Positions 38,487 to 46,911 of a DNA stretch of 64,000 nucleotides are shown here, piece by piece (positions within the stretch are counted from its first letter, which is position 1; the number at the start of each line of letters is the position of its first letter). Under the pieces are notes generated by a model. The model saw only the letters and a list, made by a program, of their open reading frames with translations. It searched no databases and had not been told where the DNA came from. This DNA is from an uncultured virus (IMG/VR IMGVR_UViG_3300030104_002980). Taxonomy: Duplodnaviria; Heunggongvirae; Uroviricota; Caudoviricetes. The stretch is from IMG/VR virus record IMGVR_UViG_3300030104_002980, one strand, 5' to 3'. The position numbers and the translations under genes are program-made.

Positions 38487-39006
38487 TGCGTGGAGTTTAG
38501 CATGGGAGGTATTAAACGGATCTATGGATGAAACTTATCCAGTTAAAAATAATACCCCAGAAGATGATGGTCTTGATTATGAAGTTAATTATTATGGTGA
38601 CTACATGGCAGATGTAGATGACCAGAGAGCACATCATTTTTCAACACAATCAGTAGAGGAACAAATGGATTACGAACCACAAAGAAATAATCAATACAAG
38701 TATCATGAGGAAGAAATTCTAAAAGATATTGAAGATTATGTTTCAATGACGTATAATGGGCATTACACAGGGACAAAACATGAGTTCCGTAAAGTTCAAA
38801 CAATTGACCTGATGGCAGCAAGGGATATTGCATCAGGATTTTGTCAAGCTAACATATTGAAATATGGTAGTAGATATGGAAGTAAAAATGGGAGAAATAA
38901 AACAGACTTGCTAAAAGTCATTCATTATGCTATGCTACTATTACACTTTGATGGACATTATGGCGAACCATCAATGCCTACTGATGAATTTGAACAAATG
39001 CCATAA
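38479..39006 (+). CDS. Conserved hypothetical protein (DUF3310-like C-terminal part)
   Basis: TYNGHY, FCQANILKYGSRYGSKNG, DLLKVIHYA; usually precedes gp45. Confidence 0.75.
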   Translation: MVNAWSLAWEVLNGSMDETYPVKNNTPEDDGLDYEVNYYGDYMADVDDQRAHHFSTQSVEEQMDYEPQRNNQYKYHEEEILKDIEDYVSMTYNGHYTGTKHEFRKVQTIDLMAARDIASGFCQANILKYGSRYGSKNGRNKTDLLKVIHYAMLLLHFDGHYGEPSMPTDEFEQMP

Positions 39007-39692
39007 TGAAACTTAGACCTCTTACTATGAAAATCTCTGATAAAACTTTAACTCTTTTAAAAAACTTTTCTAACATCAATCAATCAATCCTTTTTAAACA
39101 GGGTAGATCTTTAAAAACTATATCTGTCATGAAAAACATATTGGCAGAAGCAGAGATTGGTGAAGACTTACCAAAAGATTTTGGTATCTATGATCTTAAT
39201 CAGTTTCTTAATGGTCTTACATTGCATCGAACACCAGAACTTGATTTTGCAAATGAGGGATTCTTGGTAATTAAAGAAGGTCGTATGAGATCAAAATATT
39301 TCTTTGCAGATCCAAAAGTTATTGTTACACCTCCTGATAAAGAAATTACTTTACCAAGTGAAGATGTAGCATTTACAGTGAGCACAGAACAGTTGGATAA
39401 GTTACTTAAGGCTGCAGCGATATATCAATTACCTGATCTATCTGCTGTTGGTGAAAATGGTGTTGTTAAACTTCTTGTTCGTGATAAGAAGAATGATACA
39501 TCTAATGATTTCTCAATTGTTGTAGGTGAAACTGATTCAACATTTTCTCTTAACTTTAAGGTTGAAAATATTAAGATTCTTCCCGGAACTTATGATGTTG
39601 TTATGTCAAAGAAACTTCTATCAAGATTTATAAGTAAAGATTATAATTTAAAGTATTACATTGCATTAGAACCAGACTCAACATTTGAATAA
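39006..39692 (+). CDS. gp45: Sliding clamp gp45
   Basis: LKNFSNINQSI, FGIYDLNQFL, YYIALEPDS. Confidence 0.97.
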   Translation: MKLRPLTMKISDKTLTLLKNFSNINQSILFKQGRSLKTISVMKNILAEAEIGEDLPKDFGIYDLNQFLNGLTLHRTPELDFANEGFLVIKEGRMRSKYFFADPKVIVTPPDKEITLPSEDVAFTVSTEQLDKLLKAAAIYQLPDLSAVGENGVVKLLVRDKKNDTSNDFSIVVGETDSTFSLNFKVENIKILPGTYDVVMSKKLLSRFISKDYNLKYYIALEPDSTFE

Positions 39693-39949
39693 TGAAACTA
39701 ACTCAAGAGATGATTGATGAGATTCAAAAACTCATGAATCACACAAAAAAAGATGGAAGTATAAACTGGGTTGATGGTGACGATATTGAAATAAATTTAG
39801 CAGGAACATTTGCTGCTGATAGATTCATTGTCATAAAGAATGCATCCAAGAAACCTTGGAAAAAGGCAGAACCTCATCCTTACTTTGACTATGAGAAAAA
39901 AACCTTTATAAAAAGTAAAGGTATTCCCGCACCAGAAGATATAGGGTGA
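39692..39949 (+). CDS. Hypothetical protein
   Basis: 85 aa, TAATG-coupled. Confidence 0.7.
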   Translation: MKLTQEMIDEIQKLMNHTKKDGSINWVDGDDIEINLAGTFAADRFIVIKNASKKPWKKAEPHPYFDYEKKTFIKSKGIPAPEDIG

Positions 39950-39973
39950 CATTTAAAAAAAGCACTGGTCAAA

Positions 39974-40186
39974 ATGAAAAAACGTGCTAACATATGGAAT
40001 ATATGGAAGTATGCCCTTGGTTCCTTCCAAGATGAGACGACTAAAAAGTATGATAATACGATTTGTATTATACGCACTTTTATTTTCTTACAATTAGTTG
40101 TCACCAATTGTTTTATCGTTGCCGGTAACATTCGACACTGGAACGATCATTATACACCACCACATTATGAACGTATTCGTGACTGA
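39974..40186 (+). CDS. Small membrane-associated hypothetical protein
   Basis: IWKYALGSF.D..T..YDN...NCFIVAGNIRHW motif. Confidence 0.7.
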   Translation: MKKRANIWNIWKYALGSFQDETTKKYDNTICIIRTFIFLQLVVTNCFIVAGNIRHWNDHYTPPHYERIRD

Positions 40187-40703
40187 CCCCTGCCCTTACA
40201 AATCGGCAGAAGTATTACCAGACAAGCACATAGTTAAGATGCCACTTGAGACTTGCCAGATGTTGGCAGTAGTCTATTCCAAGTGGTATTTTAATTGGGG
40301 AGATGAATTATTATCCAAGAAGGATGGAACACCCTACAACACCAAGAAAGGGGCATTCAGGGGGCATCCGTGCACCGTATGGGCAGCAAAAGATATTAAG
40401 AACACTGCATGGTTAATTGCACATGGAACTGCCTTATGTTATGAATATTACAAGAGATATGAAAAAATACATTCATGCTCTAAAACAATGAATGAAGCGA
40501 GACATGTTTTTCTTAAATACTCTGGAGAGAAAGATTTTTCTATCTGCAGAAAAGTAAATACATTTGCCTTTGCAGGGCCTGATGAATTCAAATATGATAA
40601 AAGTATTGATATATTTACTGCATACAAAAGATATATTTCAAGTAAACCTTGGGCAGCATCTAATTACTTACGTAATCCATCTCGAAAACCTGATTGGTTA
40701 TGA
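40167..40703 (+). CDS. Pyrimidine-dimer DNA glycosylase (DenV-related) family protein
   Basis: MNVF...DKHIVKMPLETCQML...HPCTVWA...EY..RY.K.H; true start probably 40167. Confidence 0.7.
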   Translation: MNVFVTDPCPYKSAEVLPDKHIVKMPLETCQMLAVVYSKWYFNWGDELLSKKDGTPYNTKKGAFRGHPCTVWAAKDIKNTAWLIAHGTALCYEYYKRYEKIHSCSKTMNEARHVFLKYSGEKDFSICRKVNTFAFAGPDEFKYDKSIDIFTAYKRYISSKPWAASNYLRNPSRKPDWL

Positions 40704-40819
40704 GCGATCACAAACCCAACAATGATGACAAAATACCTAGATGGTTTTATAATACAGTTATTAGTATGGGTATTATGGTCTTTATTGCTTTTGGTTTAAT
40801 TTTATTTGGTATGATATGA
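40700..40819 (+). CDS. Small single-TM protein (39 aa) not in the supplied track
   Basis: MSDHKPNNDDKIPRWFYNTVISMGIMVFIAFGLILFGMI; ATGA overlaps at both ends. Confidence 0.65.
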   Translation: MSDHKPNNDDKIPRWFYNTVISMGIMVFIAFGLILFGMI

Positions 40820-41157
40820 AACACGTATTATTTGATTTAAAGGAATGTCTAATAAATGCTCCATTAGATGATGAGGAGTATATAAAAGAAACTCTAGTAG
40901 AGGCAGCAAAGATTGCTGATTTAGAGTTGATAAAGGTTGATACACATAAATTTGAACCACATGGTGTGACTGGTTATGCATTACTTGCAGAGAGTCACAT
41001 AAGCATACACACATGGCCTGAAGATGATGTTGCTAGATGTGACTTATTTTCGTGCAATCCAAAGACAGATTACAAATCTGTGATACAATATATGCAAACC
41101 CGTTTTCACTCTATGGAAGTTAAAAGATGGGGATGTGATAGATCTAATTGGTTATGA
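40816..41157 (+). CDS. speD: S-adenosylmethionine decarboxylase proenzyme (pyruvoyl, class 1B)
   Basis: F.P.GVT..LLAESHISIHTWPE (E|S autocleavage), D.F.C. Confidence 0.88.
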   Translation: MKHVLFDLKECLINAPLDDEEYIKETLVEAAKIADLELIKVDTHKFEPHGVTGYALLAESHISIHTWPEDDVARCDLFSCNPKTDYKSVIQYMQTRFHSMEVKRWGCDRSNWL

Positions 41158-41615
41158 AGGAATTTGATTATGAACTCGATTACAAGAGACTTAGTTTTAC
41201 AGACGAGGAAACTCGTAAACTTTATCGTATTGGAAGGGGAGAGCAAGGAGTTTTACTGGTTCGCCCTTATACTAACGATATATGTGCTCATTGGAGATTC
41301 AAAACTCCTGATGAAGCAGTAAAATCTTCTAACAAAATTTTTGCAATGTATCTTGATTATCGTGATGAAAAAGATTTCATCGGTATGGATATGTGTCGTA
41401 AGTTTTTGGAGATGGGATTTACTCGTGCAAGACGATATGCAAATCACAACTCTGGACGTAAGTATGATGATGAGGGAAATGTAAAACCACAAGAACCTGA
41501 TCATGCTACAAGTAAATATGCACAATCTGCAACAATTTTTAAGAAAGTGCGAGATTTAGTGGCTAACAACGATACATATAAACATATGAGAAAAACATGG
41601 AGGTCTAAAGAATGA
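41154..41615 (+). CDS. DUF4385-like conserved hypothetical protein
   Basis: YRIGRGEQGVL..PY...HWRFKT, DFIGMDMCRKFLEMGFTRARRYANH. Confidence 0.8.
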   Translation: MKEFDYELDYKRLSFTDEETRKLYRIGRGEQGVLLVRPYTNDICAHWRFKTPDEAVKSSNKIFAMYLDYRDEKDFIGMDMCRKFLEMGFTRARRYANHNSGRKYDDEGNVKPQEPDHATSKYAQSATIFKKVRDLVANNDTYKHMRKTWRSKE

Positions 41616-41776
41616 TTTTTTTATCTAAACCATCAGCGTATTTTTTACCGAATACTTGGGAAGCACCAAACGTGACTTACGATTTATTCCCCGCAGAAGT
41701 GCAAATGTTAGCATTATGTGTTATGATAGCAGCAGTCGCATTACTATCAACTAGAAGGAAGAGAAAGTTAAACTAA
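41612..41776 (+). CDS. Small single-TM protein (54 aa) not in the supplied track
   Basis: MIFLSKPSAYFLPNTWEAPNVTYDLFPAEVQMLALCVMIAAVALLSTRRKRKLN; ATGA-coupled. Confidence 0.65.
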   Translation: MIFLSKPSAYFLPNTWEAPNVTYDLFPAEVQMLALCVMIAAVALLSTRRKRKLN

Positions 41777-41791
41777 ACTTACTATTTTATT

Positions 41792-42733
41792 ATGAGTGAT
41801 TTTATATGGGTTGAAAAATATAGACCCAAAACCATTGACGATTGTATTCTTCCAAAAAGTATTAAGAAAACATTTCAAGACTTTTTGGAAAAAGGTGAAA
41901 TACCAAATATGTTGTTATCAGGGCCACCCGGCATTGGTAAAACTACAGTTGCAAAAGCATTATGTCAACAACTTAATGCTGATTACTACGTTGTTAATGG
42001 ATCAGATGAAGGTAGATTTCTTGATACTGTAAGAAATAAAGCAGCGAACTTTGCATCAACAGTTTCTTTAGTTGGTGGTGCAAATCATAAAGTAATTATC
42101 ATCGATGAGGCAGATAATACTACTCACGATGTTCAACTTTTACTGAGAGCAAATATAGAAACATTCTATAATAACTGTCGATTTATATTTACTTGTAATT
42201 ATAAGAATAAGATCATTGAACCTTTGCATTCAAGATGCACTGTTATTGACTTTGCGATCAATAAGAAAGACAAACCTGCAATCGCAGCATCTTTCTTTCA
42301 AAGAATAAATGATATCTTAGATAAAGAGAGAGTAAAGTCTGATAAGAAAGTTTTAGCAGAACTAATTAACAAACACTTTCCTGATTGGAGGAGAGTATTA
42401 AACGAGTGTCAAAGATACTCTGTAAGCGGAGAAATAGACTCCGGTATATTAGCAACCTTTTCTGACGTATCAATCAATGATCTCATTAAAAACCTCAAAG
42501 AAAAAAACTTTCCGTCGGTTCGTAAATGGTGTGTCGATAACTTGGATAATGATACCACTTTACTTTATCGTCGCATTTACGATAGTCTCTATGAATCCTT
42601 GGTCTCTAATTCTATTCCTGCTGCCGTTCTTATTCTGGCTAAATATCAATACCAAGTCGCATTCGTAGCAGATCAAGAAATAAACATGTTGGCATGTTTA
42701 ACTGAGATTATGGTAGAGTGTAAATTTAAATGA
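41792..42733 (+). CDS. gp44: Clamp loader large subunit gp44
   Basis: WVEKYRP, GPPGIGKT, IIDEAD, PLHSRC, HFPDWRR. Confidence 0.97.
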   Translation: MSDFIWVEKYRPKTIDDCILPKSIKKTFQDFLEKGEIPNMLLSGPPGIGKTTVAKALCQQLNADYYVVNGSDEGRFLDTVRNKAANFASTVSLVGGANHKVIIIDEADNTTHDVQLLLRANIETFYNNCRFIFTCNYKNKIIEPLHSRCTVIDFAINKKDKPAIAASFFQRINDILDKERVKSDKKVLAELINKHFPDWRRVLNECQRYSVSGEIDSGILATFSDVSINDLIKNLKEKNFPSVRKWCVDNLDNDTTLLYRRIYDSLYESLVSNSIPAAVLILAKYQYQVAFVADQEINMLACLTEIMVECKFK

Positions 42734-42852
42734 AGAAAGAAAGAGAACCATTCAGACTTAACTGTTTCGGTTTTCTCGGAATCTTGTTACTATTAAGTGG
42801 TATTGGTTCTGGTATTGTTGTCTACTACACTATTATGGAAAACTTAAAATGA
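42730..42852 (+). CDS. Small single-TM protein (40 aa) not in the supplied track
   Basis: MKKEREPFRLNCFGFLGILLLLSGIGSGIVVYYTIMENLK; ATGA overlaps at both ends. Confidence 0.6.
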   Translation: MKKEREPFRLNCFGFLGILLLLSGIGSGIVVYYTIMENLK

Positions 42853-43094
42853 CCAAATTCACAAAACTAAAACATCAAGTAAAATCAAACAAATATTATC
42901 TGTTCTGGGGTGCTTGCACTATTGCAGTCATGGCAGGACAAATTTATGTTGGCAATGGATATCGTAAAATGTCAGAAACTGGTGATGCAATATCCGCTGA
43001 TATTAATTTGTTAATAGAGGTTTTGACCATGCCTTCCGAAAGACAATTTTACTCCGAACCTGAACAACCATTTAAAATGCCTATTATACAATGA
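42849..43094 (+). CDS. Small hypothetical membrane protein
   Basis: 81 aa; YYLFWGACTIAVMAGQIYVG helix. Confidence 0.7.
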   Translation: MTKFTKLKHQVKSNKYYLFWGACTIAVMAGQIYVGNGYRKMSETGDAISADINLLIEVLTMPSERQFYSEPEQPFKMPIIQ

Positions 43095-44218
43095 TTATCA
43101 GTGAAGCAGATGCTACATGGGCTGCTAATGAATTTATTGATTACTTTGGTAGATTTGAAACTATTGAAGACTATATTCGTTTTACAAAAGAGGCAGCAGT
43201 TAAAGAAAGAGGTAAATCAATTGTTTCTCTAAAAGATGAATTCTTCAATGAAGATGTTCATCCAGAGGACATGGATTTTGAGGTTAAGTTTGTTGGAGAT
43301 AGATTTCAACAATCTGTTCCTCAAGCATATTATCATGAACTTTTAACTGCAACATCATCTGCAATCATTGAGAAAAATATTCCCGGTAGAGAGTTGCGTT
43401 GGATAGTATATGAAAAGAATAGTAAGAAGATAATTGGATTCATCCGCTTTGGATCTCCTACGATTAATTCTAAACCAAGAAATGAATGGTTAGGTCAACC
43501 AGCAAATCTTTCTATATTTAATCGCCATGCAGTGATGGGTTTTGCAATCGTTCCATCCCAACCATTTGGGTATAATTATCTTGGTGGTAAATTACTTGCC
43601 TTATTATGTGTATCTCATTTTGCAAGAGAGCATCTTAATGTGGTATTTGAAAAAGATATTGGATGGTTTGAAACAACCTCTTTATATGGATCTACAACTT
43701 CTGCATCACAGTATGATGGTCTAAAACCTTTTATTAGATTTAAAGGTTTAACTGATAGTAAATTTCTTCCTTTATTGCATGATAGAGCATTTCATAAATT
43801 GCATGATAGATTCACTGTAATTAATGATAATAATCCTGTAACTCCTACTTATGTTTCATCTAAAAAGATGAAGAGACAAACTAGAATGATTTCATGGACT
43901 AAGAATTCATTGAAAGAATATGGACAAGTAGAAAAACTAAAAAAGTTGGATGGAGTTCTTAAGAACGCATTTAAACTTACCCAAAGAAAGAGATCGTATA
44001 CTTCTGATTATGGTTATGGTAATGTTCGTGAAGTATTACTTGGTAAGCAAGATAAATTAGTTCGTGGTCAAAACTGGGATAAGTTCTATCTTGATAATAT
44101 TATTTCATGGTGGAAAAAGAAGGCAAGTAAAAGATATGAAAAGTTAAAGTCTGAGGGTAGGTTTAGAACTAATGTCGAACTCTGGACAGAAGATCAAGAT
44201 ATTCAAATTATAAGATAA
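43091..44218 (+). CDS. DUF4338 (DruA)-like protein
   Basis: PGR.LR..VYE.....IIGFI.FGSP, VP.QPFGYNYLGGKLLA, TTSLYG...SQY. Confidence 0.7.
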   Translation: MIISEADATWAANEFIDYFGRFETIEDYIRFTKEAAVKERGKSIVSLKDEFFNEDVHPEDMDFEVKFVGDRFQQSVPQAYYHELLTATSSAIIEKNIPGRELRWIVYEKNSKKIIGFIRFGSPTINSKPRNEWLGQPANLSIFNRHAVMGFAIVPSQPFGYNYLGGKLLALLCVSHFAREHLNVVFEKDIGWFETTSLYGSTTSASQYDGLKPFIRFKGLTDSKFLPLLHDRAFHKLHDRFTVINDNNPVTPTYVSSKKMKRQTRMISWTKNSLKEYGQVEKLKKLDGVLKNAFKLTQRKRSYTSDYGYGNVREVLLGKQDKLVRGQNWDKFYLDNIISWWKKKASKRYEKLKSEGRFRTNVELWTEDQDIQIIR

Positions 44219-44598
44219 TGGAACTTAAAGATTGGTTGAACTCGATTAACTTCAACAAAGAAAATTTAACTGAAGATGATCCAAGTGTAATAAAAGATTA
44301 TCCTCCATACATTATTAATCGTTGTTTATCAGGACATCTTGATTGTGTAATGTTCGCAAATGAGATGAATAAATATCCTTTCTTAGATAAGGATCTTCAA
44401 TATTCTTTTTATCTAAATACACTTAGGAAAAAGAAGAGATTCTCTCCTTGGCTCCGTAAGGATAAAGTCACAGACCTTGAAATTGTCAAACAATACTATG
44501 GTTATAGTAATGAAAAAGCATCACAAGCTCTGAAAATTTTAACCGCCGAACAGATTACTTTTATTAAACAACGACTTGATACTGGAGGAATGAAATGA
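44218..44598 (+). CDS. gp62: Clamp loader small subunit gp62
   Basis: YPPYIINRCLS, ANEMN, YYGYSNEKA. Confidence 0.93.
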   Translation: MELKDWLNSINFNKENLTEDDPSVIKDYPPYIINRCLSGHLDCVMFANEMNKYPFLDKDLQYSFYLNTLRKKKRFSPWLRKDKVTDLEIVKQYYGYSNEKASQALKILTAEQITFIKQRLDTGGMK

Positions 44599-45032
44599 CG
44601 GTCACTGTTGAACCTACTGTGCAATGGTCTCAAGATCAAATGCTAGAGGTTGTATTAAATGAACCAGATGATTTTTTGAAAGTTCGTGAGACACTAACCC
44701 GTATTGGAGTTGCGTCTAGAAAAGAGAAAAAACTCTATCAATCCTGCCATATTTTACATAAGCAAGGAAAATATTATATTGTTCACTTTAAAGAATTATT
44801 CGCTTTAGATGGTAAGCATGCTAATCTAACAATTAATGATGTGCAGAGACGTAATCGCATAACTCATTTATTGGCTGACTGGGGACTTATTTCTATTGTT
44901 AAAGAGGATAGTTGTATTGATATCGCACCACTAAATCAAATTAAAGTCTTATCATATAAGAATAAATCTGAATGGCAACTTGAGCAGAAATACAATATTG
45001 GGAAGAAAGGAAAAACTACCGAATCTGAATAA
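44595..45032 (+). CDS. regA: Translational repressor RegA
   Basis: DDFLKVRETLTRIGVAS, LYQSCHILHKQG.YYIVHFKELF. Confidence 0.97.
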   Translation: MTVTVEPTVQWSQDQMLEVVLNEPDDFLKVRETLTRIGVASRKEKKLYQSCHILHKQGKYYIVHFKELFALDGKHANLTINDVQRRNRITHLLADWGLISIVKEDSCIDIAPLNQIKVLSYKNKSEWQLEQKYNIGKKGKTTESE

Positions 45033-45743
45033 TTGAAAAAATTTATTTTTGACATTGACGGCACTCTCACACCGAGTCGTCAACAAATGGATATGTCTTT
45101 TATGGCATGGTTTATTATCTTTGAATGTAATCATCCAGTTTATCTTGTAACCGGAAGTGACAGAGAGAAGACTATAGACCAAGTTGGTTTAGATGTATAT
45201 AATCGAGCAGAAAGAGTTTATAACTGTGCAGGAAATGCAGTTTATGAAAAGGATAAACTTATTTTTCAAAATCCTTGGACACCTTCTAAAGAAGTTACTA
45301 ACTTTTTACTGAAAGAATTAAATTATAGTGGATTTCCTATACGAACAGGAACACATATAGAGCAGAGACCGGGATGTATTAATTTTAGTATTCTTGGTAG
45401 GGGTGCAGATTTTGAACAGAGAGGGTTGTATAAGAAATGGGATTACTATTCAAACGAAAGAGTTAAGATCGCTGAAAGATTTAATAAGAAGTTTCCTGAT
45501 CTCCATGCATTTGTAGGAGGAGAAACTGGAGTTGATATATCAACAAAAGGAAGTGATAAGAGTCAAATATTACGTGATTTTGACAAGGATGACATAATAC
45601 ATTTTTTTGGTGATAGAATGGATGAGAATGGTAATGATTATCCTTTAGCACAGGAGGTTGACGAAAGAGGTGGAGTCAATTATCATGTAGACAATTGGCA
45701 AGATACAAACAAGAGATTACTTGAAATAATCGGTTTACCGTAA
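45033..45743 (+). CDS. HAD-IIB phosphomannomutase-like protein
   Basis: FDIDGTLT, VTGSD, HIE.R.G.INFS.LGR, GG....DI, FFGDRM...GND; TTG start. Confidence 0.8.
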   Translation: MKKFIFDIDGTLTPSRQQMDMSFMAWFIIFECNHPVYLVTGSDREKTIDQVGLDVYNRAERVYNCAGNAVYEKDKLIFQNPWTPSKEVTNFLLKELNYSGFPIRTGTHIEQRPGCINFSILGRGADFEQRGLYKKWDYYSNERVKIAERFNKKFPDLHAFVGGETGVDISTKGSDKSQILRDFDKDDIIHFFGDRMDENGNDYPLAQEVDERGGVNYHVDNWQDTNKRLLEIIGLP

Positions 45744-45767
45744 TTCATACATAACCGAACATAATTT

Positions 45768-45795
45768 AGGGGGGTTCACCACCCCTCTTTTTTTT
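45768..45795 (+). terminator. Intrinsic terminator before hsp20
   Basis: AGGGGGGT-TCACC-ACCCCTCT plus T tract. Confidence 0.8.
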
Positions 45796-45804
45796 GTCTT
45801 GTTG

Positions 45805-45865
45805 TATAATTAGTATGTCGCCTTCGGGGACACAATTCACACTCGCTTATTAAAGGAGAACTATG
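45805..45865 (+). promoter_or_regulatory. hsp20 promoter (-10 TATAAT) and structured 5' UTR (cUUCGg hairpin plus ROSE-like SD hairpin)
   Basis: TATAAT at 45805-10; TGTC-G-CC-TTCG-GG-GACA; CTCGCTT pairs with AAGGAG with a bulged G. Confidence 0.65.
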
Positions 45866-46282
45866 ACTAACATTTATCGCGCAAAAGATCTAGGAGAACT
45901 ATTTGAAAAGATAACAGCCAATTCAATAGGTATTGATAAAGCAATTGAAAGTTTTTGGCAAAATCCAAACTCCACTTATCCACCATTTAATATTCTGCAA
46001 GAAAATAATCACGAATCTATTTTAGAAATTGCATTAGCAGGATTCAAAAAAAGTGAAGTTAAAGTCTACACTGAACATGGAAAGATTATTGTAGAAGGAA
46101 AGAAAAACGAAAAAAAAGAAAATGAATATGTCCATCGTGGGATGGCTCAACGATCATTTAAAAGAGAATGGCAACTTACAGATGATGTGGTTGTAAAGGA
46201 TGTAAAATTTGAAGATGGATTACTTGTAATTAATCTAGGTAAAGTAGTTCCAGAACATCATGCTCGAAAAGATTATCTCTAA
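45863..46282 (+). CDS. hsp20: Small heat-shock protein Hsp20 (IbpA-like)
   Basis: YPPFNI, EIALAGF, YVHRGMAQRSF, F.DGLL.I, VPEHH. Confidence 0.96.
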   Translation: MTNIYRAKDLGELFEKITANSIGIDKAIESFWQNPNSTYPPFNILQENNHESILEIALAGFKKSEVKVYTEHGKIIVEGKKNEKKENEYVHRGMAQRSFKREWQLTDDVVVKDVKFEDGLLVINLGKVVPEHHARKDYL

Positions 46283-46308
46283 ATAAAAACGAGTTCGAGA
46301 TGGAACTT

Positions 46309-46333
46309 GGGGATCTTGACGATCCCCTTTTTT
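46309..46333 (+). terminator. Intrinsic terminator after hsp20 (loop TTGAC)
   Basis: GGGGATC-TTGAC-GATCCCC-TTTTTT. Confidence 0.9.
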
Positions 46334-46343
46334 ATGTTATAAT
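46316..46343 (+). promoter_or_regulatory. sigma70-like promoter TTGACG-16-TATAAT (TG extended) embedded in the terminator
   Basis: -35 at 46316-21, TG at 46335-36, -10 at 46338-43; upstream of the gp43 operon. Confidence 0.7.
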
Positions 46344-46364
46344 TATATGAGGACAAAAAACTAA

Positions 46365-46715
46365 ATGACGGTAAAAATATTATTACTTAAATCTGGTGAA
46401 GATGTCATCGCTGATGTCAAGGAGATGATTTCTCCCGAAGAAAAAGTTATTGGATATTTTCTTACAAAACCTGTTGTGGTTAAGTTGATACCAAAAAAAT
46501 CTAATAACGACAAAAAAGAAACATCTATATCAATGTTTCCGTGGATGCCCCTTGCAAAAGAGAAGGCTATACCACTACCAACTGACTGGGTTGTAACTAT
46601 GGTAACACCCATCGAAAAAATTGAACAAATGTATAAAGAGGAAGTTTTAAATGGAGAAACCACCGATCAAACTGATAGTGCTGATGAATCAGCAAAAACT
46701 AATATCTCAGATTGA
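46365..46715 (+). CDS. Conserved hypothetical protein (possible Sm-like fold)
   Basis: LLKSGEDVIADV...PWMPL...DWVVT..P. Confidence 0.8.
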   Translation: MTVKILLLKSGEDVIADVKEMISPEEKVIGYFLTKPVVVKLIPKKSNNDKKETSISMFPWMPLAKEKAIPLPTDWVVTMVTPIEKIEQMYKEEVLNGETTDQTDSADESAKTNISD

Positions 46716-46911
46716 TGAGATTGGTGCTGACATTGGACAACCTGATTGCAAATTAACTGAACCTTTTATAGTTGGAGATAATAATACTTTGTCTCCTTGG
46801 TTAGTTGAATCTACCAATCAGAATGTTTTTATGTTATCATCAGATAAGATCCTCACACTTGTTGATCCCAAACCTACTTTACTTGAAAAATATCAAGACC
46901 TTCTTAAATGA
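46651..46911 (+). CDS. Conserved hypothetical protein
   Basis: DIGQPDCKL.EP...L.PWL...SDKILT..P...LLEKY. Confidence 0.8.
   Translation: MEKPPIKLIVLMNQQKLISQIDEIGADIGQPDCKLTEPFIVGDNNTLSPWLVESTNQNVFMLSSDKILTLVDPKPTLLEKYQDLLK

Noticed and set aside
40098..40166. N-terminal extension of the glycosylase-like ORF (also the extended starts at 15156, 32326, 33728, 41148, 49768)
   Set aside because: Downstream ATGs coincide with family N-termini or stop-start overlaps; the extensions are longest-ORF artefacts.
43091..44218. A complete Druantia defence system
   Set aside because: No DruE-like large helicase or other dru genes nearby; only the single DUF4338-like ORF.
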